Made by a program: the position numbers and the translations under genes. Shown one piece after another: positions 1 through 9,247 of a stretch of DNA of 21,001 nt. The notes beneath the pieces were generated by a model. The model made no database searches, was not told the origin of the DNA, and worked only from the letters and a program-made list of their open reading frames with translations. The number at the start of each line of letters is the position of its first letter. The first letter of the stretch is position 1. The stretch is from assembly GCF_006345805.1 (NCBI RefSeq), contig NW_021823881.1:1-21001 (forward strand), read 5' to 3'. The stretch is from Octopus sinensis (taxonomy: Eukaryota).

Positions 1-37
1 ATAGGATTGTATATCAAACGATAAAGACCTTTGTCCC

Positions 38-69
38 TATGTATGCATAAGCGTGTGTATGTGTGTATG

Positions 70-103
<34 letters not shown>

Positions 104-568
104 CGTATGTATGTATGTATGCATGCATGTATGTATGTATGTACGTATGTATGTATGTATGTATGTATGTATGTATGTGTGTATGTATGTATGTATGTAT
201 GTATGTATGTATGTATGTATGTATGTATGTATGTATGTATGTATGTATGTATGTATGCATGTGTGTATGTATGTATGTGTGTATGCATGTATGTATGTAA
301 TGTATGTATGTATGTATGTATGTAAGTATGTATGTATGTATGTACGTACGTATGTATGTATGTATGTATCATGCATGTATGTATGTATGTATGTATGTAT
401 GTATGTGTTTTATGTATGTATGGGGTAAATGTGTATGTATGTATGTATGTATGTGTGTATGTATGTATTTATGTATGTATGTATGTATGTATTTTGTATG
501 TATGTATGCATGTGTGTATGTATGTATGTATGTATGTATGCATGTATGTATGTATGTATGTGTGTATG

Positions 569-599
<31 letters not shown>

Positions 600-630
600 G
601 TACGTATGTATGTACGTATGTATATATGTA
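38..630. repeat. (TATG)n tetranucleotide microsatellite, imperfect
   Basis: Direct reading; accounts for the MYVC/HTYI ORFs. Confidence 0.98.
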
Positions 631-1170
631 TAAATATAATATATATGCATATATGTATAAATTTCTGAGTCATTTGGTGTCATGTGTGTCGCTTTGCCCA
701 CAGAAAATCGTTTGAACGGTTGAAGGTGATTTCATTGGTTCTAGCAAATGATGTATCCTGTGTTTATCGTATGTTCGACGATGTTTATATACGAAGAGAC
801 TTCAATGCACTGTGAGATAGGTGAAATATTCTATGTTATACATATGTGTATATGCACACGCTAAATGCACACATTTATGTGGAAGCAAACCCATATATAT
901 ATGTATATGTACAGACAGTTCTACAGGCAAAAAGAAAAGGGCGTTCTCACACACGGAGTCAATTTATATAGCTTTAAATGATTTATTGCAACAGGTTGGC
1001 AAAGATAGAGACTCACGTACGTAAAAATTACGCTCCCAAGCACAGATAACACATACACGCATGCGCATGCCAACACCTGCTGACAGAAGATGTATGCGTA
1101 TATAAATAATAGAAGAGTATGTGTGATGCATGGCGTGTATATACAGATATGTGCGCGTAGAGCGGGCACG

Positions 1171-1197
1171 TATATATATATATATATATATATTATA

Positions 1198-1258
<61 letters not shown>

Positions 1259-1279
1259 TATCATATATATCTATATATC

Positions 1280-1323
<44 letters not shown>

Positions 1324-1344
1324 GAGAGAGAGAGATGTATATAG

Positions 1345-1380
<36 letters not shown>

Positions 1381-1505
1381 ATACACACGAACACATTCAT
1401 ACACCAACAACTATAACATACATAGATGTATATATATATATGTATATATGTGTATATAAATATATATATATACAGAGAGAGAGGGGGAAGAGGGGAGAGA
1501 GAGAG
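1171..1505. repeat. Compound (TA)n/(GA)n/(TG)n microsatellite
   Basis: Direct reading. Confidence 0.95.
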
Positions 1506-1736
1506 AAACAGAATACATACAGATATATATGTTTAATTATATATGCATATATATGTGGCTCAGTAATTCTCTTTGTGTATGCAAATAAGTAGATATGTAT
1601 TATGTGTGTATGTATGTATGTATGTATGTATAGAAAGATACATACATACATACACATACGTACACAAAAATATATAGGTATGCCTCTACATATATATGTA
1701 TACATATATACATGCACAACACACATACATATATGC

Positions 1737-1781
<45 letters not shown>

Positions 1782-1846
1782 CACATATGTATATGTGTAC
1801 ATGTATGTACACATATGTATATACAAATACATACATACCTATGTAT

Positions 1847-1847
1847 G

Positions 1848-1912
<65 letters not shown>
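1847..1912. repeat. (TAGA)n microsatellite
   Basis: Direct reading. Confidence 0.97.
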
Positions 1913-1913
<1 letters not shown>

Positions 1914-2547
1914 CTGATATATATGCATACGCACACATACACAGAAATAAGTTATACGTACTTAAATCTACAGACACACACACTCGCAGTCGTACAAATA
2001 TTTGAATGTCTAGAGACATTGATTGGCAGGATTTGCTCGCGCGCATGAACGTATAAATAGACAGAAGCACAATGACACAGAGAAAATCACACACACACAC
2101 ACACACACACACATGTATGCATATATATATATACATACGTACATGCGCTGAAAAAATGGTCTCACAGGCACGAATAATTTAGTTCCCAGTTCTCGTGGGA
2201 GAGTTGATAGCAAACAGGCAAGATTTTGCAGCCAAATCGGCCTCAAATATTATCCGGCAGTCTTCATATTTAAATATATTTGATGAACTTAATAGTGTAC
2301 ATAATATTCTAGAATAGAAGGCAGGTCAGGTTTTTAACGATAAAAATGCCGGTTGTGAGCTCAGTTTTCGACACAAGAATATTTCATCTCAGTAAGTACG
2401 AACGCAATTAAGGAATGGACGCAAGCTACAACATCAAGCGAGTAGACACTAACACTCATACAAAGCAATGGCGCTTTGCAAAGTTTTCAAAATACTCAGA
2501 AAATCTCCACCAAGTGACACTGACGAATTATCAAAAAAGAAATACAT

Positions 2548-2697
2548 GTGCAGCCGTGGCTGTTGGTAAGAAGTTTGCTTCCCAACCACATGGTTCTGGG
2601 TTCAGTCCCACTGCCTGACACCTTAGGCATTTGTCTTCAACTGTAGTCTTGGTCCCATTAAAACTTTCAAAGTGGATTTGGTAGGTGGATTTGGTAG
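2548..2697 (+). mobile_element. SINE family A, diverged 5' head fragment
   Basis: GTGGCTGTTGGTAAGAAG...GGGTTCAGTCCCACTG...GTGGATTTGGTAG aligns with the near-complete copy at 17313-17724; ends in a 13-bp tandem duplication (GTGGATTTGGTAG x2). Confidence 0.85.
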
Positions 2698-2714
2698 TCT
2701 GCTATATATATATA

Positions 2715-2966
2715 TTTTATTTCTTCTTTTGCTAGTTTCAGCTCGAGAGCTGTGGCAATGCTGGAGCACCACTGTTAGCTTTTCTACGCTTCCATTGCTT
2801 GAAACCTCCTCTGATATGTGGCATTTGCTGAATGAGGGTGTTTGACATTGCTACCCTCACCTGCCGCGAGATAGATTCATCCGAAACTCTTGACAGGAGG
2901 GGATCCAGTTTTGTTTTGAAGACGCCTACATCCACATCATACAGGTCTCTCAGGCTTTTGGGGAAT
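2715..2966 (-). mobile_element. 5'-truncated LINE 3' end (CR1-group-like ORF2 C-terminus plus tail)
   Basis: Minus translation FPKSLRDLYDVDVGVFKTKLDPLLSRVSDE...SNTLIQQ resembles the LPxxLR...FKxxLDxxL..PD C-terminus of CR1-group ORF2; followed by a terminal hairpin and A-rich tail. Clade assignment from memory. Confidence 0.7.
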
Positions 2967-3011
2967 TTATATATAGTGTGTGGTGTGTGTGTGTGTGTGT
3001 GTGTTGTGTGT

Positions 3012-3149
3012 ATCTTTATTCTTTTATTTTTTTATTTGTTTCAGTCATTTGAATGCGGCCACACTGGAGCACCACCTGTAGTCGAAAAAATCAAACCAAG
3101 GACTTATTCTTTGTAAGCCTAGTACTTATTCTATGGGTGTCATTTGCCG
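3012..3149 (-). mobile_element. SINE family A 3' tail fragment
   Basis: TTTCAGTCATTTGAATGCGGCC...GGAGCACC...TTATTCTTTGTAAGCCTAGTACTTATTCTAT matches the tail at 17331-17460. Confidence 0.85.
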
Positions 3150-3206
3150 TATTATTATCTACTAGTTAGGAATATACTTATCCGAAAAGTAGGCTTAGAA
3201 TCATAG

Positions 3207-3270
<64 letters not shown>

Positions 3271-3274
<4 letters not shown>

Positions 3275-4172
3275 AGGTATGTAGAAAAATACAACATGGA
3301 CAAGAACGTATAACTCTTAGAAGACGACACAATAAACATGGACAGGACATTCGAACCCCTCAGTCTTCAGTCAAGAACCGGATCATCGTAGTAATTTCGG
3401 CTGATTAATCTTGAGATTACTAGATCACGGCCAGCCCTCCAAGAAAAACTAAGCAACGAGCATTAGAAAAACTAAGCTGGAAGCGTAGATTTCCTGGAAG
3501 AAGGATCGAATGCATACGAACACCAGGACAGCAAAAGGGACAGATATAAAAAAACAAAAAACAATAATGGAATACAGAAACATGAAATACAGAAGCATTA
3601 ACGGTGAAAACAACAAGTGTCTTACGACTGATAACAAGCAAACAAATTTTTTCTCTGGCGCATTGGAAGAAGCCTTTATAGCGGCGGACGAAAAACAACG
3701 ATGTTACACGACGAGGGTCAGGAGCTGAAAGGCAGATTTCGGCCAACAGTCACGTGACAGAGAAGAGGGAAAAGAAAAGAAAGAGAAGCAAAAGGAGAGA
3801 GAGAGACGAGGGACAACGCAACAAAGAGAGAGAAGAGAGAGAAAGAAGGGATCAGAGAGGAGAAGGGATGGGTGTCGAAGAATGACCTGTGAGTGCAGAG
3901 CGAGACAAAAGAATAGGAGGGTAAAGAGAGAGAAAAGAGGATGAGTAGAGAGAAGAGAGAGAGAGAGAGAGAGAGAAGGGGACGATCAAGTAAAAATGAG
4001 AGAGAGAGGGAGACAAAAAGAGAGTCGTACCAATTATTAAGAATATGTGCTCACATTAATGATAAGGTGGGTACGGGGCGCCTGGAATATATGTTAAGGT
4101 ATGTAGAAAAATACAACATGGACAAGAACGTATAACTCTTAGAAGACGACACAATAAACATGGACAGGACAT

Positions 4173-4173
<1 letters not shown>
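3271..4173 (-). mobile_element. Non-coding element with an exact 81-bp terminal direct repeat (Penelope-like pLTR or retrozyme-like), inserted in (TA)n
   Basis: 3271-3351 = 4093-4173 (period 822 bp); (TA)n on both sides; HHR-like motif inside; no credible ORF. Class assignment is inference. Confidence 0.6.
3360..3422 (-). ncRNA. Putative hammerhead ribozyme with permuted strand order
   Basis: Minus strand: TAGTAA-TC-TCAAGA-TTAA-TCAG-CC-GAAA-TTACTA-N12-TCTTGA-CTGAAGA-CTGA; core CUGANGA, GAAA and UH, plus 7-, 6- and 4-bp helices. Confidence 0.5.
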
Positions 4174-4213
<40 letters not shown>

Positions 4214-4249
4214 CACACACACACACATATATATATATGTACATATATA

Positions 4250-4294
<45 letters not shown>

Positions 4295-4820
4295 GTAAAT
4301 ATTATGACTAAATGGACGATATATTTAAATAAATATATCAAGCTATTAATTTAAAGATAATTAATAATTAAATAATAGTAGTACGAATTAATCGAATTTA
4401 TTGCTTGTAAATAACAGGTTAAGCTATCGATTTATCTTATATTGTTGTTTATAACTAAACACGGGGTTAAAAATGTAAATGAGATATGATAGATGGCAGT
4501 TACTAAAATATCCAATAGGATATCTTTTTTAATTATATAACTCCTTATATGGTATTTCAAGGTGTGCATACGCATGCTTTTCTTAACCAGCAAATAAGGA
4601 AGAATCGAGGGCGATGCTTTAATTAGATAAGCAAGGAGGGAGTAATGAGTAGTTAAATAATACGAATGAAAGGAACCGAAAAATACTAATAAAGCTACGC
4701 TTGTAATCTTCAGTTTAGAATTTGATTTAGAGTGTGAACGGAATAGATTAGAAAACTAAATCAGTATAATGATCACAAAGAAGAAAACTAATTTTGAATA
4801 TTAGAATATTTAATTATTAT

Positions 4821-4935
4821 CCACTGATGAGTTCCAAATGGCTTAATATGATAATGTATATTGCTTTTGTTGAAATACGTATTCTTCAAGTGTACACCTG
4901 AAACATGGTCTTTTGCGACAGAAACAGCTGTCTGG
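4821..4935 (+). ncRNA. Type I hammerhead ribozyme-like motif (Penelope-type, palindromic stem III, long stem II)
   Basis: CCA-CTGATGA-GTTCCAAATGGCT...GGTCTTTTGCGAC-A-GAAAC-AGCT-GTC-TGG. Confidence 0.6.
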
Positions 4936-5085
4936 TGAAATTAAATAAGCAATCCTTATTAGCATCGAAACCGATTCCATTTATTTGATGACGTTTCTTG
5001 GACTCCGTCTAATAAGCTGATCCTTCCAACGACTTTTTATTTATCTCTATTCATACCGAAATGAAAGGAATCCCGTCTTCTTCTT

Positions 5086-5320
5086 TTTCTTCTTCTTCAT
5101 CTTCTACTTCTTCATCTTCTTCTTCTTCTTCTTCATCTTTCTTCTTCTTCTTCTTCTTCTTCTTCTTCTCCTTCTTCATCTTCATCTTCTTCTTCTTTTT
5201 TCTTTTTCTTCTTCTTCTTCTTCTCCTTCTTCTTTTTCTTCTTCTTCTTTTTCTTCTTCTTCTTCTTCTTCTTCTTCTTCTTCTTCTTCTTCTTCTCTTC
5301 TTCGCCGCCGCCGCCGCCCA
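5086..5320. repeat. (CTT)n trinucleotide repeat grading into (GCC)n
   Basis: Direct reading. Confidence 0.97.
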
Positions 5321-5550
5321 CTTCATCGGCTACTGCCGCTTGAACAATCAAAACCAAGAGCTCATATCAAATTTTCTTTTGGTCACTGCTACTACCTTCT
5401 ACCTCCTACAAAGCCTACACAAAAGTAAAAGGGATACAGACAGACAGGCAAAAAAAAAGGAAAATGTCCCGTGTATTTGAAAACTTTGGAAATATTTTAA
5501 AAAACACATTTTATTTAATTTTTCCACAATTGTTTTCATGCTTTACTCTA

Positions 5551-5584
5551 AGCTGAAAAAGTTACAAAGACTGAAACCGGTACT
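5551..5584 (+). ncRNA. Degenerate minimal type I hammerhead motif
   Basis: AG-CTGAAAA-AGTT-ACAAA-GACT-GAAA-CCGG-TA-CT; core G8 replaced by A, weak stem I. Confidence 0.4.
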
Positions 5585-5652
5585 AAAATGTTCTTCAGGA
5601 TAAAATTATTTTAATATTTTCTACCTTGTCATATTTTTCTTATATATATATA

Positions 5653-6473
5653 TAGGGTGCGATGGGTAAATCTCTCCATTTTATATTTTTAATTTCGCGC
5701 ATGCGCATTCTTTGTTTTTGATTTTGTCAACTACACAATATAGGAGGGTCAGTTGGGCACCGTCTGTGAGAAAAACAGCATCATGACGCAATTGGATTTG
5801 TCAGAATTTGGAAACGACGTGCTGTACTGCTTGGCATTCGCGCCGGAATACGAATATTTCAGAGTGTTTGGGTGTCAATCTGAGGACAGTGCACTTTGAG
5901 AACATGTACCGAGAGTGATCAAAATCAAGCATCCAGTCAACGTTATGGGATTTGGAGTGATCACAATGATGGCGACATCATGCCTCCATTCATCTTCCCA
6001 CACGGCCTCAGACTTAACGCGGAGGCCTACATCAAGTTCCTGGAGGGGGTAGTGCTGCCCCGAGTCAACAGGGTGGCTGCTGAAAAACCCTGTCTAGCAA
6101 CAGTCATGGCTGTCAGACAATTTCTGCGACCACATCACCCCTAACATCTGGCCACTTAACTCTCCAGACTGCAACCCTCTTGATTATTATGTGTGGGTCA
6201 CAATTGAGTGAGAGACCAACAAAACTCCTTGTAACACCGAAGGTGAACTGAAGGCAATGATTATGGTAGCATTCACCAGCACAAACAAGGAAACCGTCCA
6301 GAAGAGCCGCAGGAAATTCCGAAGTCGTCTGGAAGCCGTGGTTATAGTCAATGGCGATTATATTGAATAAATTTACTCTTTAGTATTTCAAGATATTTTA
6401 ATATAATTTTGGTAAATATATCTGTTAAAATGAGATGTCAGTATTACTTTAGTTTTTGCGTAATTTAGACGAC
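5653..6473 (+). mobile_element. Internally deleted Tc1/mariner-superfamily DNA transposon (DD37D/maT-like)
   Basis: Begins AGGGTGCGATGGGTAAA after (TA)n; contains a transposase remnant; right TIR not visible (truncated). Confidence 0.85.
5783..6370 (+). pseudogene. Transposase remnant (frameshifts, stop, deletions)
   Basis: N-terminal HTH-like ISECLGVNLRTV; then KHPVNVMGFGVI, MPPFIFPHGLRLNAEAYIKFLE, WPLNSPDCNPLDYYVW (6149 onward, Asp as third catalytic residue) and RLEAVVIVNGDYIE*; first and second catalytic Asp regions deleted. Confidence 0.9.
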
Positions 6474-6522
6474 GTCTTCTATCTCTCTCTCTCTGTCTAT
6501 ATATATATATATATATATATAC

Positions 6523-6843
6523 GGTGAGGGCGCGTGGCTTAGTGGTTAGGGCATTCGGCTCATGATCGTAAGGTTGTGAGTTCGATTCCCGGCGACGCGT
6601 TGTGTCCTTGAGCAAGACACTTTATTTCACGTTGCTCCAGTCCACTCAGCTGGCAAAAATGAGTTGTACTTGTATTTCAAAGGGTTAGCCTTGTCACTCT
6701 CTGTGTCACGCTGATTATCCTCGAGAACTACGTTAAGGGTACACGTGTCTGTGGAATGCTCAGCCATGTGCACGTTAATTTCACGAGCAAGCTGTTCCGT
6801 TGATCGTATCAGCTGGGACCCTCGTCGTCGTAACCGGCGGAGT
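6523..6843 (+). mobile_element. SINE family B, full length, tRNA-derived with CORE-like central domain
   Basis: A box TGGCTTAGTGG 6535-6545; B box GAGTTCGATTCC 6578-6589; GTGTCCTTGAGCAAGACACTT...CTCAGCTG..AAAAATGAG resembles the CORE domain; second copy at 8285-8594. Confidence 0.88.
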
Positions 6844-6856
6844 CTTTTAATATATA

Positions 6857-7016
6857 TACGACGGGCTTCTTTCAGTTTCCGTCAACCAAATCCACAAACA
6901 ATGCTTCGGTCGGCCCGAGGCTATAGTAGAAGACACTTGCCCAAAGTGCCACGCAGTGGAACTGAACCCGGAGCCATCCGGTCGAGAAGCATGCTTCTCA
7001 CCTCACAACCACGCCT
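6857..7016 (-). mobile_element. SINE family A head
   Basis: Matches 17565-17724. Confidence 0.88.
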
Positions 7017-7320
7017 ATCCGATGTCTTTTAAAATAACTCCATCTATTGGCCAACAACCAACGTGAAACATAACGTAACTTGATAACTGATGGTGGTGAA
7101 ATATCAGACCAATTATTTCTGCTGTGAAATTAGAAGCCCTAAATATTTTCATATTTGTATTAGTCATTAATCAGAAATAAGATATTTAATAACGCTATTT
7201 ATGATATATAAAACTATATAAACATCACTTTATACTTTGAAGAACTTATAGTGAAGAGCATATGTGTATAATTAATATAATTAAGAGAAATGACCTCTAT
7301 CAAGTAATTCAATAGTGAAA

Positions 7321-7410
7321 GACTTTATCTATATCATATACAAAAATTTAAATATACTATAATAAATATTATTTTTTTAAATCACTAAATTAAATAAACT
7401 TTCAATTGAC
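7321..7410 (+). repeat. Left arm of a 90-bp AT-rich inverted repeat
   Basis: Reverse complement matches 8106-8195 at 84/90 positions by eye. Confidence 0.92.
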
Positions 7411-7430
7411 TATATATATATATATATAAT

Positions 7431-8037
7431 AGTTCCGGGTTCAGTCCCACTGCGTGACATCTTGAGCAAGTGTCTTCTACTATAGCCTCGGGCCGACCAA
7501 AGCCTAGTGAGTGGATTTGGTAGATGGAAACTGAAAGAAGCCCGTCGTATATATGTATATATATATATATATATATGGGGGGGGGTATGTTTGTGTATCT
7601 GTGTTTGTCCCCCTAGCATTGCTTGACAACCGATGCTAGTGTGTTTATGTCTCCGTCACATAGCGGTTCGGCAAAAGAGACCGATAGAATAAGTACTAGG
7701 CTTACAAAGAATAAGTCCCGGGGTCGATTTGCTCGACTAAAGGTGGTGCTCCAGCATGGCCGCAGTCAAATGAATGAAACAAAAGTAAAAGAGTATATAT
7801 ATATATATATATATGGGGGGGGGTATGTTTGTGTATCTGTGGTTTGTCCCCCTAGCATTGCTTGACAACCGATGGCTAGTGTGTTATGTCCTCCGTCACA
7901 TAGCGGTTCGGCAAAAGAGACCGATAGAATAAGTACTAGGCTTACAAAGATAAGTCCCGGGGTCGATTTGCTCGACTAAAGGTGGTGCTCCGCATGGCCG
8001 CAGTCAAATGAATGAAACAAGTAAAGAGTAAAAGAGT
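7431..8037 (+). mobile_element. SINE family A, 5'-truncated, with tandemly duplicated 3' half
   Basis: 7431-7793 aligns to the 17313-17724 copy; ~7794-8037 repeats ~7555-7793. Confidence 0.92.
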
Positions 8038-8093
<56 letters not shown>

Positions 8094-8105
8094 CGTATAT
8101 ATATA

Positions 8106-8195
8106 GTCAATTTAAAGTTTATTTAATTTAGTGATTTTTTTGAATAATATTTATTATAGTATATTTAAATTTTTGTATATGATATAGATAAAGTC
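8106..8195 (-). repeat. Right arm of the 90-bp inverted repeat
   Basis: See 7321-7410. Confidence 0.92.
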
Positions 8196-8284
8196 TATAT
8201 ATATATAATTGGTAATCAAGAGGAGAGTGAAGATATATTTACATCCAAACTTTTTATACAGAAGTTTTCTGCGGCCTATAGGAC

Positions 8285-8594
8285 CACTCCGTCGTTTACG
8301 ACGATGTGGGTCCCAGCTGATCCGATCAACGGAACAGCCTGCTCGTGAAATTAACATGCAAGTGGCTGAGCACTCCACAGACACGTGTACCCTTAACGTA
8401 GTTCTCGGGGATATTCAGCTTGACACAGAGTGTGACAAGGCTGGCCCTTTGAAATGCAGGTACCACTCATTTTTGACAGCTGAGTGGACTGGAGCAACGT
8501 GAAAAAAAAGTGTCTTGCTCAAGGACTCAACGTACCGCCGGAAATTCTACGATCGTGAACAGAATACTCGATCACTAAGTCACGCGCCCTCACT
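8285..8594 (-). mobile_element. SINE family B, B-box region deleted
   Basis: Reverse complement aligns with 6523-6843. Confidence 0.9.
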
Positions 8595-8709
8595 ATGTGG
8601 GTTACAGAAGGAGGTACAGTCAGATGATGTGACCTGCTTATATGATTGCCCACGAGCCATCAATTTTCGTAAGTTCGTGCTATTTTAGCTTCTTTTTATT
8701 CAATTATAA

Positions 8710-8710
<1 letters not shown>

Positions 8711-8790
<80 letters not shown>
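8711..8790. repeat. (CA)n(TA)n microsatellite
   Basis: Direct reading. Confidence 0.97.
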
Positions 8791-8791
<1 letters not shown>

Positions 8792-8870
8792 TAGCAGATA
8801 TTCAACTCATTCTCCTTTCAAATTCACTCACTAATTGTAGCGGTCCTTCAGTATTTATATATATATAAAT

Positions 8871-8924
8871 GGCGGTGCCCCAGCATGGCCACAGCTTGTG
8901 AGCTGAAACTAAATAAAATAAAAT
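8871..8924 (+). mobile_element. Extremely 5'-truncated LINE tail (same family as 2715-2966)
   Basis: GGCGGTGCCCCAGCATGGCCACAGCTTGTGAGCTGAAACT(AAATA)n, set in (TA)n. Confidence 0.75.
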
Positions 8925-8946
8925 ATATATATATATATATATATAT

Positions 8947-8947
<1 letters not shown>

Positions 8948-8979
<32 letters not shown>

Positions 8980-9150
8980 GTTTAACGTCCTTTCTCCATG
9001 CTAGCATAAGTTGGACGGTTCGACCGGGATCTGGGAAGCCAGAAGGCTGCACCAGGCTCTGGTCTTATCTGGCAATGTTTCTACAGCTGGATGCCCTTCC
9101 TAACGCCAACCCTCCGTGAGTGTAGTGGGTGCTTTTTACGTGCCACTGCA
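8948..9150 (-). mobile_element. Retroposon 3' portion ending GACGTTAAACGA(TGA)n (RTE-type tail)
   Basis: Minus: GGCACGTAAAAAGCACCC...GGCGTTAGGAAGGGCATCCAGCTGTAGAAAC...GGACGTTAAACGATGATGATGA; trinucleotide tails are typical of RTE-mobilised elements. Confidence 0.7.
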
Positions 9151-9247
9151 TATATATGTACTATATATATAATATATATATATATATAGATATATATATC
9201 CAAGCATACACACACACTCAAAACACACACACGCGCACGCACACACA

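Noticed and set aside
14-2136. Many overlapping ORFs (MYVC/HTYI/IYIY/YLSI repeats)
   Set aside because: Translations of TATG, TA and TAGA microsatellites that lack stop codons
5051-5480. Poly-R/K/E and poly-S/F/L ORFs
   Set aside because: Products of the (CTT)n tract
6523-6600. tRNA gene
   Set aside because: A and B boxes are present but it continues into a SINE body that is repeated at 8285-8594; no proper acceptor stem
7231-7270. Hammerhead-like TTGAAGA-ACT-TAT-AGT-GAAG
   Set aside because: Two core mismatches and no convincing stem III or cleavage triplet
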